DNA of 64,000 bases from an uncultured virus (IMG/VR IMGVR_UViG_3300021959_000024) (taxonomy: Duplodnaviria > Heunggongvirae > Uroviricota > Caudoviricetes), in the IMG/VR virus record IMGVR_UViG_3300021959_000024. One strand, written 5' to 3'. Position numbers and translations under genes: made by a program. The notes below the pieces were generated by a model. It had not been told where the DNA came from, did not search any database, and saw only the letters and a list, made by a program, of their open reading frames with translations. How positions within the stretch are numbered: position 1 is the stretch's first letter; every line of letters starts with the position of its first letter. This document shows, in pieces, positions 1 to 10,073 of the stretch.

Positions 1-2934
1 TATAATACAAATTATCAGAGAGAGCAATTCTTCCTTGGTCCTGGAACAAACTATACGGGTAGCATTAACTATGCTCGTGATGTTGCTTTTGCGGCCGCAA
101 AAGCAGGTCCATTCTATTTAAGCACCCAATACTATGCTGGGGGAGCAGTAAACTATAATAACGATATGCTTCCAAAGGGTTGGATTGCCGGTAGTAACAT
201 ACTAAATGGTGAAATGGAATATAACGGTCCAGGGACAGTAAGTTACGCAAGACTTATTAACTATACTAAAGGGTTTACTGGACAGTATACAAGCAACTAT
301 GATAGACAATATAGTATAAACTATACTAGACAATATACAGGAAACTATACTAGAGCGTATACTGGTAACTATACAAAAAGATATAACAGACAATATGGTA
401 CTAACTATTTAAAGCAGTATACAGGAAACTATGATAGAGCATTTAGTGGAACATACGTAACAAACTATAATGTTAATTGGAACAGACATTTCTCAGTTAC
501 GTCCACTGGGTATTATGATAATACGTTTACTGGAACGTACACTAGTAACTATGACAGACAATATGGTACTAACTATTTAAAGCAGTATGCAGGAAGCTAC
601 GCAAGACAATTTGCTGGAACTTACGCATCAAATTATGACAGGCAATACGGTACCAATTACTTAAAGCAATATACTGGCCAATACACTGGCACGTTTGCTG
701 GAACTTATGGTACAAACTACGGAAGACAATACGGTACCAATTACTTAAAGCAATATACTGGCCAATACACTGGCACGTTTGCTGGAACTTATGGTACAAA
801 CTACGCCAAAGCATACACAGCAAACTATGCCCAACAGTATACAGGCAACTATGCCAGACAGTTCAGTGGAACATACAACACTAACTACACAAAAGACTAT
901 ACTGCAAACTATGCTAAACAATACACTGGAAATTATACTCGCGATTATTCTGGTAACTATACTAAGCAATATAGTACCAATTATACTAAACAATATACAG
1001 GTAATTACACTCGCGATTATTCTGGCAACTATACTAAGCAATATGGTACCAATTATACTAAACAATATACTGGTAACTATTCAAGACAATTTGGTGGCAC
1101 TTACACAAGAAACTATGTAAAAAATTGGATCAGAACATATGCTAAGCAATATGCAAAATTGTATGCAGGACAATACAATAAACAATATGAAGGCGCGTTT
1201 ACTGGTACGTATACATCAAACTATGGTGCAGATTATGCAGGTACCTATAATAAGAATTATGCAAACGAGTATGCAGGAACGTATGGTACCAATTATACTA
1301 AATTATATGAAGGCGTATACAACACTACGTTTGTAGGCATATACAATCAACAATATGAAGGCATATTCTCTGGCACTTTCTCAAAATCATATGGTGCTGA
1401 CTATGCAGGTACATATGGAACAAACTATGCTGGTGAGTATGCTGGAACATACAATACTAACTATAACAAAGGATATGAGGGAGTATTTGCAAAGCAATAT
1501 GTTGCAACTTACACTGGACTGTTCATTAAAACGTATGTTGGACAATACAACAAACAATATCTTGCTCTGTATGAAGGATCTTTCAACAAAAATTACTCTG
1601 CAACGTACGAGGGCGTGTATACAAAACAATATCTCAAGCAGTACACAGGGTTATGGTCTAAAAATTATATTAATATCTACAGTGCATTGTATGAAGGCGC
1701 ATACAACAAAAACTATGTAGGAAATTATACAAGAGATTACATTAAGTCGTATAATAAAAATTATGAAAGAGCATACGTAGGAATATTTAACTTATTCTAT
1801 TCTGGAACATTTGCTGCGCAATATGCTGGATCAAGAACATACACTGGTCAATATAATAAACAGTATGAAGGTACATTTAATAAGAATTACACTAAGCAAT
1901 ATGCTGGTACAAGAACGTATGCGGACCAATATGGAACAAATTATGCTAAAACATACGCACCTGGATACGTAAAAGCATATGCAGGTCAGTATGCTGGATC
2001 CAGAACATATGCTGGTCAATATACAGGCAACTTTGAAGGCGCTTTTAATAAGACATATGTTTCAGTAGCATATATTAAAGCATATGCTAAACTATGGGCC
2101 GGATCAAGAACATATAACGGTGATTACACTGGCTACTATAATGGGTTCTATAATAAGTCATATGAAAAAGCATATGCGGGTATCTATACAGGATACTATA
2201 TAGGAATTTATGAGGGACCTCAAATATACGAAGGCGTGTATACAGGCGTGTACGAAGGAACGTATACCAAGCAATACGAAGGCGCATACAACACAACGTA
2301 TCTTGGAAACTACACAAAACAATACGAAGGTGCATTTACAGGCAACTACATAAAAACATATATTGGTCAATACAGTCAACAGTTTAGTAAAACATATGAA
2401 GGTGCTTTTAACAAACAATTTGAAGGAGCATTTACAAAACAATATGAAGGAGCTTACGTTGGCGACTTTGTTAAAGTGTGGGCCGGTGACTATTCTGGTC
2501 AATACACTAAAACTTATCTTGGATTGTATGAAGGAACATTTGAAGGAGTGTTCCAAAGACAGTATAGCGGTACTTACTTAAAAGTTTATACAAAAGAGTA
2601 TGAAGGATCGTTTACTGGATACTACAGCAGTCAGTTTGAAAAAGTATGGGTAGGTCTATACACTAAACTGTATCAAGGTCAGTACTCGCAATTGTTTACT
2701 GGGTATTTTGATAAAGTATATGAAGGCGTATTTACTGGTTACTACACAACCCAATATACAAAAACATATATTGGCCAGTATACTAAGACATATACAAAAC
2801 AATACGAAGGAACTTTTATTGGAAATTATGTTGCCACGTACCTTGGAAACTATGATAATGCCTGGTCAGGATTAACAGTTGACTCTGGAACTGAAACAAT
2901 TTCTACAGTTAAATTGTGGTTAAGAGTAGCTTAA
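1..2934 (+). CDS. Giant Tyr-periodic (aromatic every 4th residue) repeat protein, probable virion fibre; 5'-partial
   Basis: Frame 1 is open from base 1 (YNTNYQREQFFLGPG...) through the 166..2934 ORF; [Y/F/W]xxx repeat over about 870 aa; lies upstream of fibre/neck genes. Confidence 0.75.
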   Translation, partial: YNTNYQREQFFLGPGTNYTGSINYARDVAFAAAKAGPFYLSTQYYAGGAVNYNNDMLPKGWIAGSNILNGEMEYNGPGTVSYARLINYTKGFTGQYTSNYDRQYSINYTRQYTGNYTRAYTGNYTKRYNRQYGTNYLKQYTGNYDRAFSGTYVTNYNVNWNRHFSVTSTGYYDNTFTGTYTSNYDRQYGTNYLKQYAGSYARQFAGTYASNYDRQYGTNYLKQYTGQYTGTFAGTYGTNYGRQYGTNYLKQYTGQYTGTFAGTYGTNYAKAYTANYAQQYTGNYARQFSGTYNTNYTKDYTANYAKQYTGNYTRDYSGNYTKQYSTNYTKQYTGNYTRDYSGNYTKQYGTNYTKQYTGNYSRQFGGTYTRNYVKNWIRTYAKQYAKLYAGQYNKQYEGAFTGTYTSNYGADYAGTYNKNYANEYAGTYGTNYTKLYEGVYNTTFVGIYNQQYEGIFSGTFSKSYGADYAGTYGTNYAGEYAGTYNTNYNKGYEGVFAKQYVATYTGLFIKTYVGQYNKQYLALYEGSFNKNYSATYEGVYTKQYLKQYTGLWSKNYINIYSALYEGAYNKNYVGNYTRDYIKSYNKNYERAYVGIFNLFYSGTFAAQYAGSRTYTGQYNKQYEGTFNKNYTKQYAGTRTYADQYGTNYAKTYAPGYVKAYAGQYAGSRTYAGQYTGNFEGAFNKTYVSVAYIKAYAKLWAGSRTYNGDYTGYYNGFYNKSYEKAYAGIYTGYYIGIYEGPQIYEGVYTGVYEGTYTKQYEGAYNTTYLGNYTKQYEGAFTGNYIKTYIGQYSQQFSKTYEGAFNKQFEGAFTKQYEGAYVGDFVKVWAGDYSGQYTKTYLGLYEGTFEGVFQRQYSGTYLKVYTKEYEGSFTGYYSSQFEKVWVGLYTKLYQGQYSQLFTGYFDKVYEGVFTGYYTTQYTKTYIGQYTKTYTKQYEGTFIGNYVATYLGNYDNAWSGLTVDSGTETISTVKLWLRVA
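643..805 (+). repeat. Exact 79-bp direct repeat, 84-bp period (28 aa), within the Tyr-repeat gene
   Basis: 643-721 equals 727-805 (caatacggtaccaattacttaaag...ggtacaaactacg). Confidence 0.9.
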
Positions 2935-2943
2935 TGTTGACTT

Positions 2944-2951
2944 TATAAATA
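2944..2951 (+). promoter_or_regulatory. T4-type late promoter TATAAATA
   Basis: Exact gp55 consensus in intergenic DNA, inside a GTTGACTTTATAAATA element. Confidence 0.7.
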
Positions 2952-2989
2952 GATTCATATAGAATATCATTAACTCGTGAGGATATATT

Positions 2990-3529
2990 ATGGCTGAAGA
3001 AGCAAAAGAAGCAAAGGTGCCTGAGGGCGCCAATATAAAACAACCTAAACCAGAGAGACCGCAGAGATCAGGATTAACTATTCCTGAATTTTCTGTCGAC
3101 GCTAGTTTACCAAATATCTGCTATCCACATTATACTAATAATGCTAGAGATCAACTTTCTTGTGTTCTGATTAGACCAGATGGAATGGCAATGATAGAAC
3201 AAAATATTCCTAGGGATGAAAAACATCCACTTTACAGAGATATTAAAAGACAGTTTACAGATCAAGAGATTGATCATAACACGGAGCGTGAGATTGCAAT
3301 CCAACAAGCAAAAGCTAAGGATGCTGATCTTAAAACAAAGGATGAAAACAGAGAGAGACGTAGAGCAGAGTTATGGGCACGCAAAAGCACTTTCTTAGAT
3401 TTAGATGTAGTTAAAAATACTCAGCATAAAAATCTTAAAAGAAAATTACGACAAGCTACTAATCCTGAAGAAGCTCTAGCATACGGCGTAGCGATCATCA
3501 TTAAAGAGTCTGAAAAAGATGGAGAATAA
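2990..3529 (+). CDS. Hypothetical protein, possible fibre assembly chaperone
   Basis: GAGG RBS; helical charged C-terminus; directly follows the fibre-like gene. Confidence 0.55.
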   Translation: MAEEAKEAKVPEGANIKQPKPERPQRSGLTIPEFSVDASLPNICYPHYTNNARDQLSCVLIRPDGMAMIEQNIPRDEKHPLYRDIKRQFTDQEIDHNTEREIAIQQAKAKDADLKTKDENRERRRAELWARKSTFLDLDVVKNTQHKNLKRKLRQATNPEEALAYGVAIIIKESEKDGE

Positions 3530-4352
3530 AGGATACTTATTAGTGTCCACTATGTCAAAAGCATTTTACGAAGCCATGGTGATGGCAGTTGAATCCTTGA
3601 AAGATGAAGTTCCGGATGCTAAAGTTGCTGTGTACACTCATGAGGAATGGATACGAGATCAAGATAGACCCTTGTTTGATCATATCGTGACCCCTGTTCC
3701 TGTTCACGTAAGAACTAAACTATGGGCATTAGATCAATCGCCGTTTGATAAAACAATCTACCTAGATTGTGACGTATTTGTCTTAAACAATGAGATAGAA
3801 GAAGTTTGGGATCATTTAGGCGACCATGATGTTGTAATGTCAGAGAATAGGCCTTATAATGCTAAGGTAGTTTATTTTACTCACGACGACCAAGTTGGCC
3901 CAGGAATTAAAGGTGCCGAACTAGAACACTACAGATCAGAGCACATGGATCTTTATAGACAAGGTAAAGCTCATAAGTTTCAATGGCACTGTGGTATGTT
4001 TGCTTGGAATAAAAATGAACGTACTCAAAAGTTATGGCAAGAATGGCTGAAGTGGTATAGAAGGCATACGGAGCAAACTACATCACCTTTTCCAAGTGGG
4101 CTAGCTTATTGGGACACATTTGCTTTTTGGAGGGCTCTATATGAGAATCCAGAATTGAATGTAGACATTAAAAGAATGCCAAACGATGCTAAGTATAACT
4201 TTGTTACTGGTTATAAAGAAACTGAATTGAGACCTGGATCCGAAAAATCAGTTTTACATTACACAATTGATCCAGAATATACTAAGGAGGGATTTATTAT
4301 CCATGAGACAAGTTTTGACACTAACTACGGATCTTTTGAAACTTTTAGATGA
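3519..4352 (+). CDS. GT-A fold glycosyltransferase (GT8-like)
   Basis: KLWAL..SPFDKTIYLDCD (DxD motif), HCGMF, WDTFAFW, C-terminal VLHY. Confidence 0.75.
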   Translation: MENKGYLLVSTMSKAFYEAMVMAVESLKDEVPDAKVAVYTHEEWIRDQDRPLFDHIVTPVPVHVRTKLWALDQSPFDKTIYLDCDVFVLNNEIEEVWDHLGDHDVVMSENRPYNAKVVYFTHDDQVGPGIKGAELEHYRSEHMDLYRQGKAHKFQWHCGMFAWNKNERTQKLWQEWLKWYRRHTEQTTSPFPSGLAYWDTFAFWRALYENPELNVDIKRMPNDAKYNFVTGYKETELRPGSEKSVLHYTIDPEYTKEGFIIHETSFDTNYGSFETFR

Positions 4353-5019
4353 GTATCAACAATTCATAATTAATAACAGGCCCGATAAACTTTTACCTAA
4401 TTGGAAAACAAAAGGTAAGTTTATGAAAGAAGGTCGTCCAGAATACTCTACATCTATAGAATGTTTGAAAAGTATGCCTGCTGACACTCATGACGGATAT
4501 CCTCCTGACAGCTATGGCTATGATATGAATGCTCCTACTTTGCAAAGAGTGTTGGCTGAAGACGGTGATAGATTCACACAAGCAGAAAAAGACGCCATCC
4601 GAATGTACATAGAAAAATCTGAAGAACTTGATGACACATTGGGTGCTTACATTGGATATAAGTTCTGTGCGTTAAAGATGTTCTATCCTGAAGATGGTTA
4701 TATTGCATGGCATACTAATTGGAATGTCCCTGGATATAATTGTCTATTCACTTGGAGCGATGGTAAAGGATATTGGAGACATTTAGATTCTACTGATGAG
4801 AAGCCAGGATCCATAATGCCAGATCCAGACACTAAATTAGTTCATCTACAAGACAAAGATGGATGGCATTGCAAATTAGGTTACTATGGTGAGAAGCAAG
4901 AACACAATAGAATTATGTGGCACTCTGCTTATGGAGGACCTAGAATTACATTAGGATTTGTTGTATACGACGTAAATATTTGGGACGATATTGTTGAAGA
5001 GATTACATCTGCAGAATGA
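4303..5019 (+). CDS. Cupin/Fe(II)-dependent oxygenase-like protein
   Basis: AAGGAGG RBS at 4284-4290; YPEDGYIAWHTN ... WHSA ... RITLGF pattern of a double-stranded beta-helix fold. Confidence 0.55.
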   Translation: MRQVLTLTTDLLKLLDEYQQFIINNRPDKLLPNWKTKGKFMKEGRPEYSTSIECLKSMPADTHDGYPPDSYGYDMNAPTLQRVLAEDGDRFTQAEKDAIRMYIEKSEELDDTLGAYIGYKFCALKMFYPEDGYIAWHTNWNVPGYNCLFTWSDGKGYWRHLDSTDEKPGSIMPDPDTKLVHLQDKDGWHCKLGYYGEKQEHNRIMWHSAYGGPRITLGFVVYDVNIWDDIVEEITSAE

Positions 5020-5381
5020 AAGATTTAAGATACGATTTTAAGCATGCACTTATAGAAGAGTATAAAACATACTGGAATGCCTTTCAAGATCCAGATGATG
5101 CTTACTGTGAATTACTAATAATGGATCCATTAATCAATGACCACTTTAGAAATAGAAAACAACAAGCAAAAGGTTTTCACGGTATAACAGAAACAAGATT
5201 GCTAGATCAAAATACTTTATGGTTCATTACTTACGCCAAATCACTCAAAGCACTGTCTTGCATAAATGATATAAAGCAAGATGAGATAGATATTATTTGT
5301 CGAAATAATCGTTGGGAGTCACATAGAAAAATTGTTTCTCTAAAAGACGATCATAAACCAGTGGATCCACTGACTGTTTAA
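5016..5381 (+). CDS. Hypothetical protein
   Basis: ATGA-coupled to the upstream gene; 121 aa. Confidence 0.6.
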   Translation: MKDLRYDFKHALIEEYKTYWNAFQDPDDAYCELLIMDPLINDHFRNRKQQAKGFHGITETRLLDQNTLWFITYAKSLKALSCINDIKQDEIDIICRNNRWESHRKIVSLKDDHKPVDPLTV

Positions 5382-5402
5382 TAGTACATAGCTTCCGTCT
5401 CA

Positions 5403-5410
5403 TATAAATA
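5403..5410 (+). promoter_or_regulatory. T4-type late promoter TATAAATA
   Basis: Exact consensus, intergenic, before the AGGAG RBS of the structural block. Confidence 0.8.
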
Positions 5411-5433
5411 CATACGTATTATAGGAGATTTGG

Positions 5434-5763
5434 ATGGCAACTAAGGTCAATATAGTCCTAGATCAGGGCACTGATTTTGAAACAACAGTTAACTTAACAA
5501 ACGACGAGGGAGCACAGCTTGACCTTACAGGCATGGCTGCCGCCTCGCAAATCAGAAAAACTTACTCATCCTCTAACTCCGTAGCATTTACAACTGCATT
5601 AGCAAATAATAATGGAACACTAACTCTTTCATTAAATAACGCTACAACTGCTAGTATGTCTCCAGGCAGATATAAATATGACGTGGAGATAACATCCTCT
5701 AGTGGAGTGATAACACGAATACTAGAAGGAACTGTTACCGTAACACCGGAGGTAACAAGATAA
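5434..5763 (+). CDS. Virion structural protein (baseplate-associated, BppU-like)
   Basis: NIVLDQGTDF...DLTG...QIRK...GRYKYDVEI...RILEG.VTVTPEVT pattern. Confidence 0.65.
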   Translation: MATKVNIVLDQGTDFETTVNLTNDEGAQLDLTGMAAASQIRKTYSSSNSVAFTTALANNNGTLTLSLNNATTASMSPGRYKYDVEITSSSGVITRILEGTVTVTPEVTR

Positions 5764-6014
5764 TGGCAAACACGTTATTTAACACTAACAGCACCAGTAT
5801 TAAAGTAAATCTTGGATCTAGTGGCGGTGTAGTCGGATCTACATTGGGTTCTAATAATGTAACTCTACAAACATCAGCTACCGCAAAAAAGAATATTAGA
5901 GATCTAGATGACGTAAATGATCTAACGGAAGTAGATGGAGGCACATTAGTATATGATGCCGCACTAGATGAGTATGTGCTAAAAGCATTACCGATTGATG
6001 GCGGGGAGTTTTAA
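5763..6014 (+). CDS. Small virion protein ending in IDGGEF
   Basis: DLDDV...GTLVYD motif typical of fibre repeats; coupled to neighbours. Confidence 0.6.
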   Translation: MANTLFNTNSTSIKVNLGSSGGVVGSTLGSNNVTLQTSATAKKNIRDLDDVNDLTEVDGGTLVYDAALDEYVLKALPIDGGEF

Positions 6015-9000
6015 TGGCAAATACTGTCGTACAGATTAAACGAAGTAACACTACTTCACAACCAGCTAATCTGGCATATGGGGAATTAGCTTACTCGCTT
6101 GTAAGTAATAATTTATTCATTGGAACTGATTCTAACACTATCATAAAAATTGGTGGTGGGTCTGACGTCGCTTTACTAAACGTCACGCCTGGAGCAGTTA
6201 CAGGCGACAAGGCATTAATTGCAAACTCTACCGGTGGCCTAGATAATATAACATTTACAAATGTTGTAACTACCGATCTAACTACTACAGCTAATATATC
6301 TGCTTTTAATTTTACAGCTGATACTATTACGGCCAACACAACATTAACAACATCAAACCTCGATGTCACTTCAACAGCAAATATAGTATCACTTACCGCT
6401 AATGACATTGTCGTTTCAAACACTTTAACTGTTGATGGTGATATTATATTACGAGGCGATAGCATTACACTTGGTGATGGTGGAGATATTATTAGCTTTG
6501 GCGCTACAGTAAATTCTCATATCATACCAGATGCTAATGTAACATACGATTTAGGATCCTCTATTGGCTACTGGAGAATGGCTTACGCAAATCAAGTAAC
6601 GGTAGGAGCAGATCCAACTGCACCATTACAAGTAGCTACAAAACAATACGTAGACAATATTGAAGCACAGTTAGGAGGTAATAGTATTATAATTGGTCCT
6701 CCTGCTGACGGCGCATATGCAAATGGTTCTGGTTCCGGTAATGTAGAAGGTGCCGTGACATCATTAGAATCAAGCACAAAAATTTCAGATGCTATTGATG
6801 TACTCAATGAAGTGATTCTTAATGTTTACAACAATACTTACGTTCGAGATGTAGTAGCAACTTGTTCAGTTGGCAATACAGGAGGAGCTCCTTTAACCAG
6901 TACTTTAACAATCAATGTGGTTGGTAATGCTGACAGATATGATATAAACTGGGGCGATGGTACATGGACAAACAATACTACAGATTCTACTCCTTCACAT
7001 ACGTATACAGACAACACCAATTCACCATTTGATGTAGTTGTTTATGCTAGAAACACAAATGCACTAGGTGAAGGAAATTCAGCAAGTTTTACAGCAACAG
7101 ATTTAATCACTTTATTTACTGGTGATCCAAGTGCAGCATTCCAAATCTATAATGCAGTATCAGGTGGCAGTGTAATAACTGAAGCAAACGTAGGCGAAAC
7201 AATTTATGTTGAAAACGATACAACTAACTCGAATGGTGTTGTTGCTACTTTTAATATCGATTGGGGCGATGGCAGTTCTGAATCGATTGCAAACACATCA
7301 GTTGAAGGTGGTCCAGAAGGAGCTAGAGCAGACCACATTTATGCTACAGGAACTGGAACAGGAACAAATACTATCACAGTGTCCGTTAATACCCATAGCA
7401 CCGCTGACCCGTCATCAATACCAGACAGCGCAACTAGAACTATAAAAATATTTGATACAGCTATTGGAGCTCCAGAAGGGTTATCAGGCAAGTCATTTAC
7501 TTTAACATCATCATCAGTGAGTACAGGGACTCCTAAACTAGCATTTAATCATACAGACAATTCAAGCGAGTCTACACTAGGTGTCAATGATACAGTAACA
7601 AGATATACGACATCTGGAGCAATTCAAACTTCAGGTGAAGCCAATTCACAGGTCGTTTATGATGCATCAGCAGGAACATTATCTGCTATTGTTGATGGAT
7701 CAGTAGACGGTTCAATAACATTCGATTCTAGTGATAACACAGGATCAAATAGTTCACTCGTGGTTGTTGACGAGTTAGATTTTTATAACTTTAGTAACAC
7801 AGGTACTTCAGTTAGTGCTTCTAACAGAATACATGCTCCAGGATTATATTCCGGGTTTAGAGCTAGAGTTTCTAAGTCATCCGTATCGACAGGCTTACAT
7901 ACATACAAGCTAAGTCATAGTACGACTGGAAATACCTCTGTCCTTCAGTTTGTTAAAGATAATCTAACGGGCACGCCAGTAATAAACTTTAGTGGAACTA
8001 CGGTGTCTCAAAACTCAGCAGGAACATTAGCGTATGTTTCAGGGGTACCATATTACACTAATGATGCAGTGCTTGATGTGTCAGGCGTATTAGTATCTAA
8101 TGTAGCAGGTCAAGTTTACAGAGATACATCTACTCCTTTCTCTATAATATCAGGAACAAATGTAGAGTCAGATAGTGGATCAGCATTCTCTACACAAACA
8201 AAAGGGTATTCTATATTACCATCTGCAACACTTAACAGCAGCAACCCAATTGCTAATACTGGAGTTGGCGCTAATGTAACTATAGATGATTTCACGGTAA
8301 ATGTCAACGGCGGAGGTAGAGTCGTTGAAGGTTTTGCTATGAACATGAATAATATAAATGGAACTGGAGATACTGTCCAATATGCAAACACAAAAATTGC
8401 AGTATACAATGGGAACTCTTCGGGCGTTAGAGAAGACAGTATACCCGTATCGTCATCATTGGGAGCAGGGTTTGATACGAACGGAATTAGAGTTGACGCG
8501 TTCTCGTCAACAAATGCAACGCCAACGTTTACAAACAACACAGACTACTACGTAAACAATGCATGGTCAGGCGTAGTTACAGTCGCTGGCACAGATGAAG
8601 CAGTTGTAAGATACGGAAACTTACAACATTATACTACCGACCTTTCAACAGGATATCTACCTGCAGGACCAGATTTAAATACAGGTAGGTCTGGTAGTCA
8701 ATATTTTAGATTTGCATTCAAACGAACAACAATGGCAAACTTTGATCTTGTATTAACAGGTAAAGTATCAGGAGTGTTTATTGCAGCACCTAATACTGCA
8801 ATAGATAGTGCTTCAGGATTAAATGGTTGGATTGATGCATCGACAACGTATGGTGGAGCAGGAACACCAGGAAGCGACACCGGCAACGGAGGTAATGGTT
8901 CAGACGGTTGCGCATTTACATCTGGAGATAGAATTATAGACGGAACAACATATAGCAACCAATCGTTTACATTGACTCTAGGAGATCAAAGCGCTACGGA

Positions 9001-9076
9001 CGCATATAACAATCAAATATTAGTTTCAATCAAATTAGATGATGGTGACTATTTAACTAAGCTGGAGGTACAATAA
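6014..9076 (+). CDS. Large fibre/virion protein with N-terminal Mtd_N-like domain and two PKD-like domains
   Basis: QIKRS...LAYGELAY N-terminus; ATKQYVD; two 'I(N/D)WGDG...H(T/I)Y' PKD signatures; Thr/Ser/Gly rich. Confidence 0.75.
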   Translation: MANTVVQIKRSNTTSQPANLAYGELAYSLVSNNLFIGTDSNTIIKIGGGSDVALLNVTPGAVTGDKALIANSTGGLDNITFTNVVTTDLTTTANISAFNFTADTITANTTLTTSNLDVTSTANIVSLTANDIVVSNTLTVDGDIILRGDSITLGDGGDIISFGATVNSHIIPDANVTYDLGSSIGYWRMAYANQVTVGADPTAPLQVATKQYVDNIEAQLGGNSIIIGPPADGAYANGSGSGNVEGAVTSLESSTKISDAIDVLNEVILNVYNNTYVRDVVATCSVGNTGGAPLTSTLTINVVGNADRYDINWGDGTWTNNTTDSTPSHTYTDNTNSPFDVVVYARNTNALGEGNSASFTATDLITLFTGDPSAAFQIYNAVSGGSVITEANVGETIYVENDTTNSNGVVATFNIDWGDGSSESIANTSVEGGPEGARADHIYATGTGTGTNTITVSVNTHSTADPSSIPDSATRTIKIFDTAIGAPEGLSGKSFTLTSSSVSTGTPKLAFNHTDNSSESTLGVNDTVTRYTTSGAIQTSGEANSQVVYDASAGTLSAIVDGSVDGSITFDSSDNTGSNSSLVVVDELDFYNFSNTGTSVSASNRIHAPGLYSGFRARVSKSSVSTGLHTYKLSHSTTGNTSVLQFVKDNLTGTPVINFSGTTVSQNSAGTLAYVSGVPYYTNDAVLDVSGVLVSNVAGQVYRDTSTPFSIISGTNVESDSGSAFSTQTKGYSILPSATLNSSNPIANTGVGANVTIDDFTVNVNGGGRVVEGFAMNMNNINGTGDTVQYANTKIAVYNGNSSGVREDSIPVSSSLGAGFDTNGIRVDAFSSTNATPTFTNNTDYYVNNAWSGVVTVAGTDEAVVRYGNLQHYTTDLSTGYLPAGPDLNTGRSGSQYFRFAFKRTTMANFDLVLTGKVSGVFIAAPNTAIDSASGLNGWIDASTTYGGAGTPGSDTGNGGNGSDGCAFTSGDRIIDGTTYSNQSFTLTLGDQSATDAYNNQILVSIKLDDGDYLTKLEVQ

Positions 9077-9819
9077 TGGCTATTTCAGATACCCAAAAGG
9101 TTGACCTCCTATGGAAAAAAGTTGGATTTAGTAAAGCAAAGACAGATACTAATGATGCAAAGAAAGCTCCTAACGAAGCTATTGTATCTAATTTAATAAT
9201 TAGACCAACTGAAATATGGTCAGATGCAAGCAACATTAACGCAGTACAGCCAGCAAGCAATACATCAATTCTACACATTTACACAGAATTAGAAACTACA
9301 GAAGACGGTACTGCAACAAACAATAGAACATGGAAGACGGGATTAACTAACTGGGTGCCACCTTCATTTGGTGCAACGTATCAGTTAAAAGTGTATGCCG
9401 ATTCTGCAGGATCAGGTAATCCAGCAGCTAACGGAACGCAGTTATTTGAAACAGGATCTGGCAATAATGATGAATGGTACTTCGATTATCAATCAGGTAC
9501 ATTAAACTTCATAGGATCCAATTTGCCTTCAGGGGTATCTGATGGCAATAGTATTTTTGTGTCCGGCGCAAGATATGTCGGTGACAGTTTTAATACAGGA
9601 ATAAAAGACGTAACATTGTATAATGCTACGATAGATAGTTTAGCCTCACCACTAAAAACCTCAGACGGTGGTACAGGGTTAACTACATTTACAGCCAAGG
9701 GGGTATTTTACGCAAGTAATACTTCTACCATGGCACAAGCAACAGGCTCTAATGGACAAATTTTACAAATTACAAATGGAGAGCCAACCTTTGATGATGT
9801 TGATGGAGGAACATTTTAA
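9076..9819 (+). CDS. Virion structural protein ending in DVDGGTF
   Basis: GGTG fibre motif; coupled within the structural operon. Confidence 0.65.
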   Translation: MAISDTQKVDLLWKKVGFSKAKTDTNDAKKAPNEAIVSNLIIRPTEIWSDASNINAVQPASNTSILHIYTELETTEDGTATNNRTWKTGLTNWVPPSFGATYQLKVYADSAGSGNPAANGTQLFETGSGNNDEWYFDYQSGTLNFIGSNLPSGVSDGNSIFVSGARYVGDSFNTGIKDVTLYNATIDSLASPLKTSDGGTGLTTFTAKGVFYASNTSTMAQATGSNGQILQITNGEPTFDDVDGGTF

Positions 9820-10064
9820 TGAAATTGAGTGATCTAGAAAATGATGAGGTTCAAATGTTAAGCCAGTATATTCAAAATCAACAACAGATTATTAATGAAC
9901 TTACTGAGAAAAACATGCAATTGACTACTGAAATACAAATTCAGCGCATGACAATCAAACAGCTTGAATCTATAAATAATGTTAAGATTAAATCGAAAAA
10001 ACGAATTAGCGCTTTTAAGCAGGAACGCATGGGCATCCTCAAAAACGCAATTACTAAAGATTAG
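9819..10064 (+). CDS. Hypothetical coiled-coil protein
   Basis: 81-aa ORF with heptad pattern, coupled to the upstream gene. Confidence 0.55.
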   Translation: MKLSDLENDEVQMLSQYIQNQQQIINELTEKNMQLTTEIQIQRMTIKQLESINNVKIKSKKRISAFKQERMGILKNAITKD

Positions 10065-10073
10065 GAGAAATAA

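Noticed and set aside
65..2581. Alternative-frame and minus-strand ORFs inside the Tyr-repeat gene
   Set aside because: By-products of the 12-bp periodicity; no RBS or recognisable motifs
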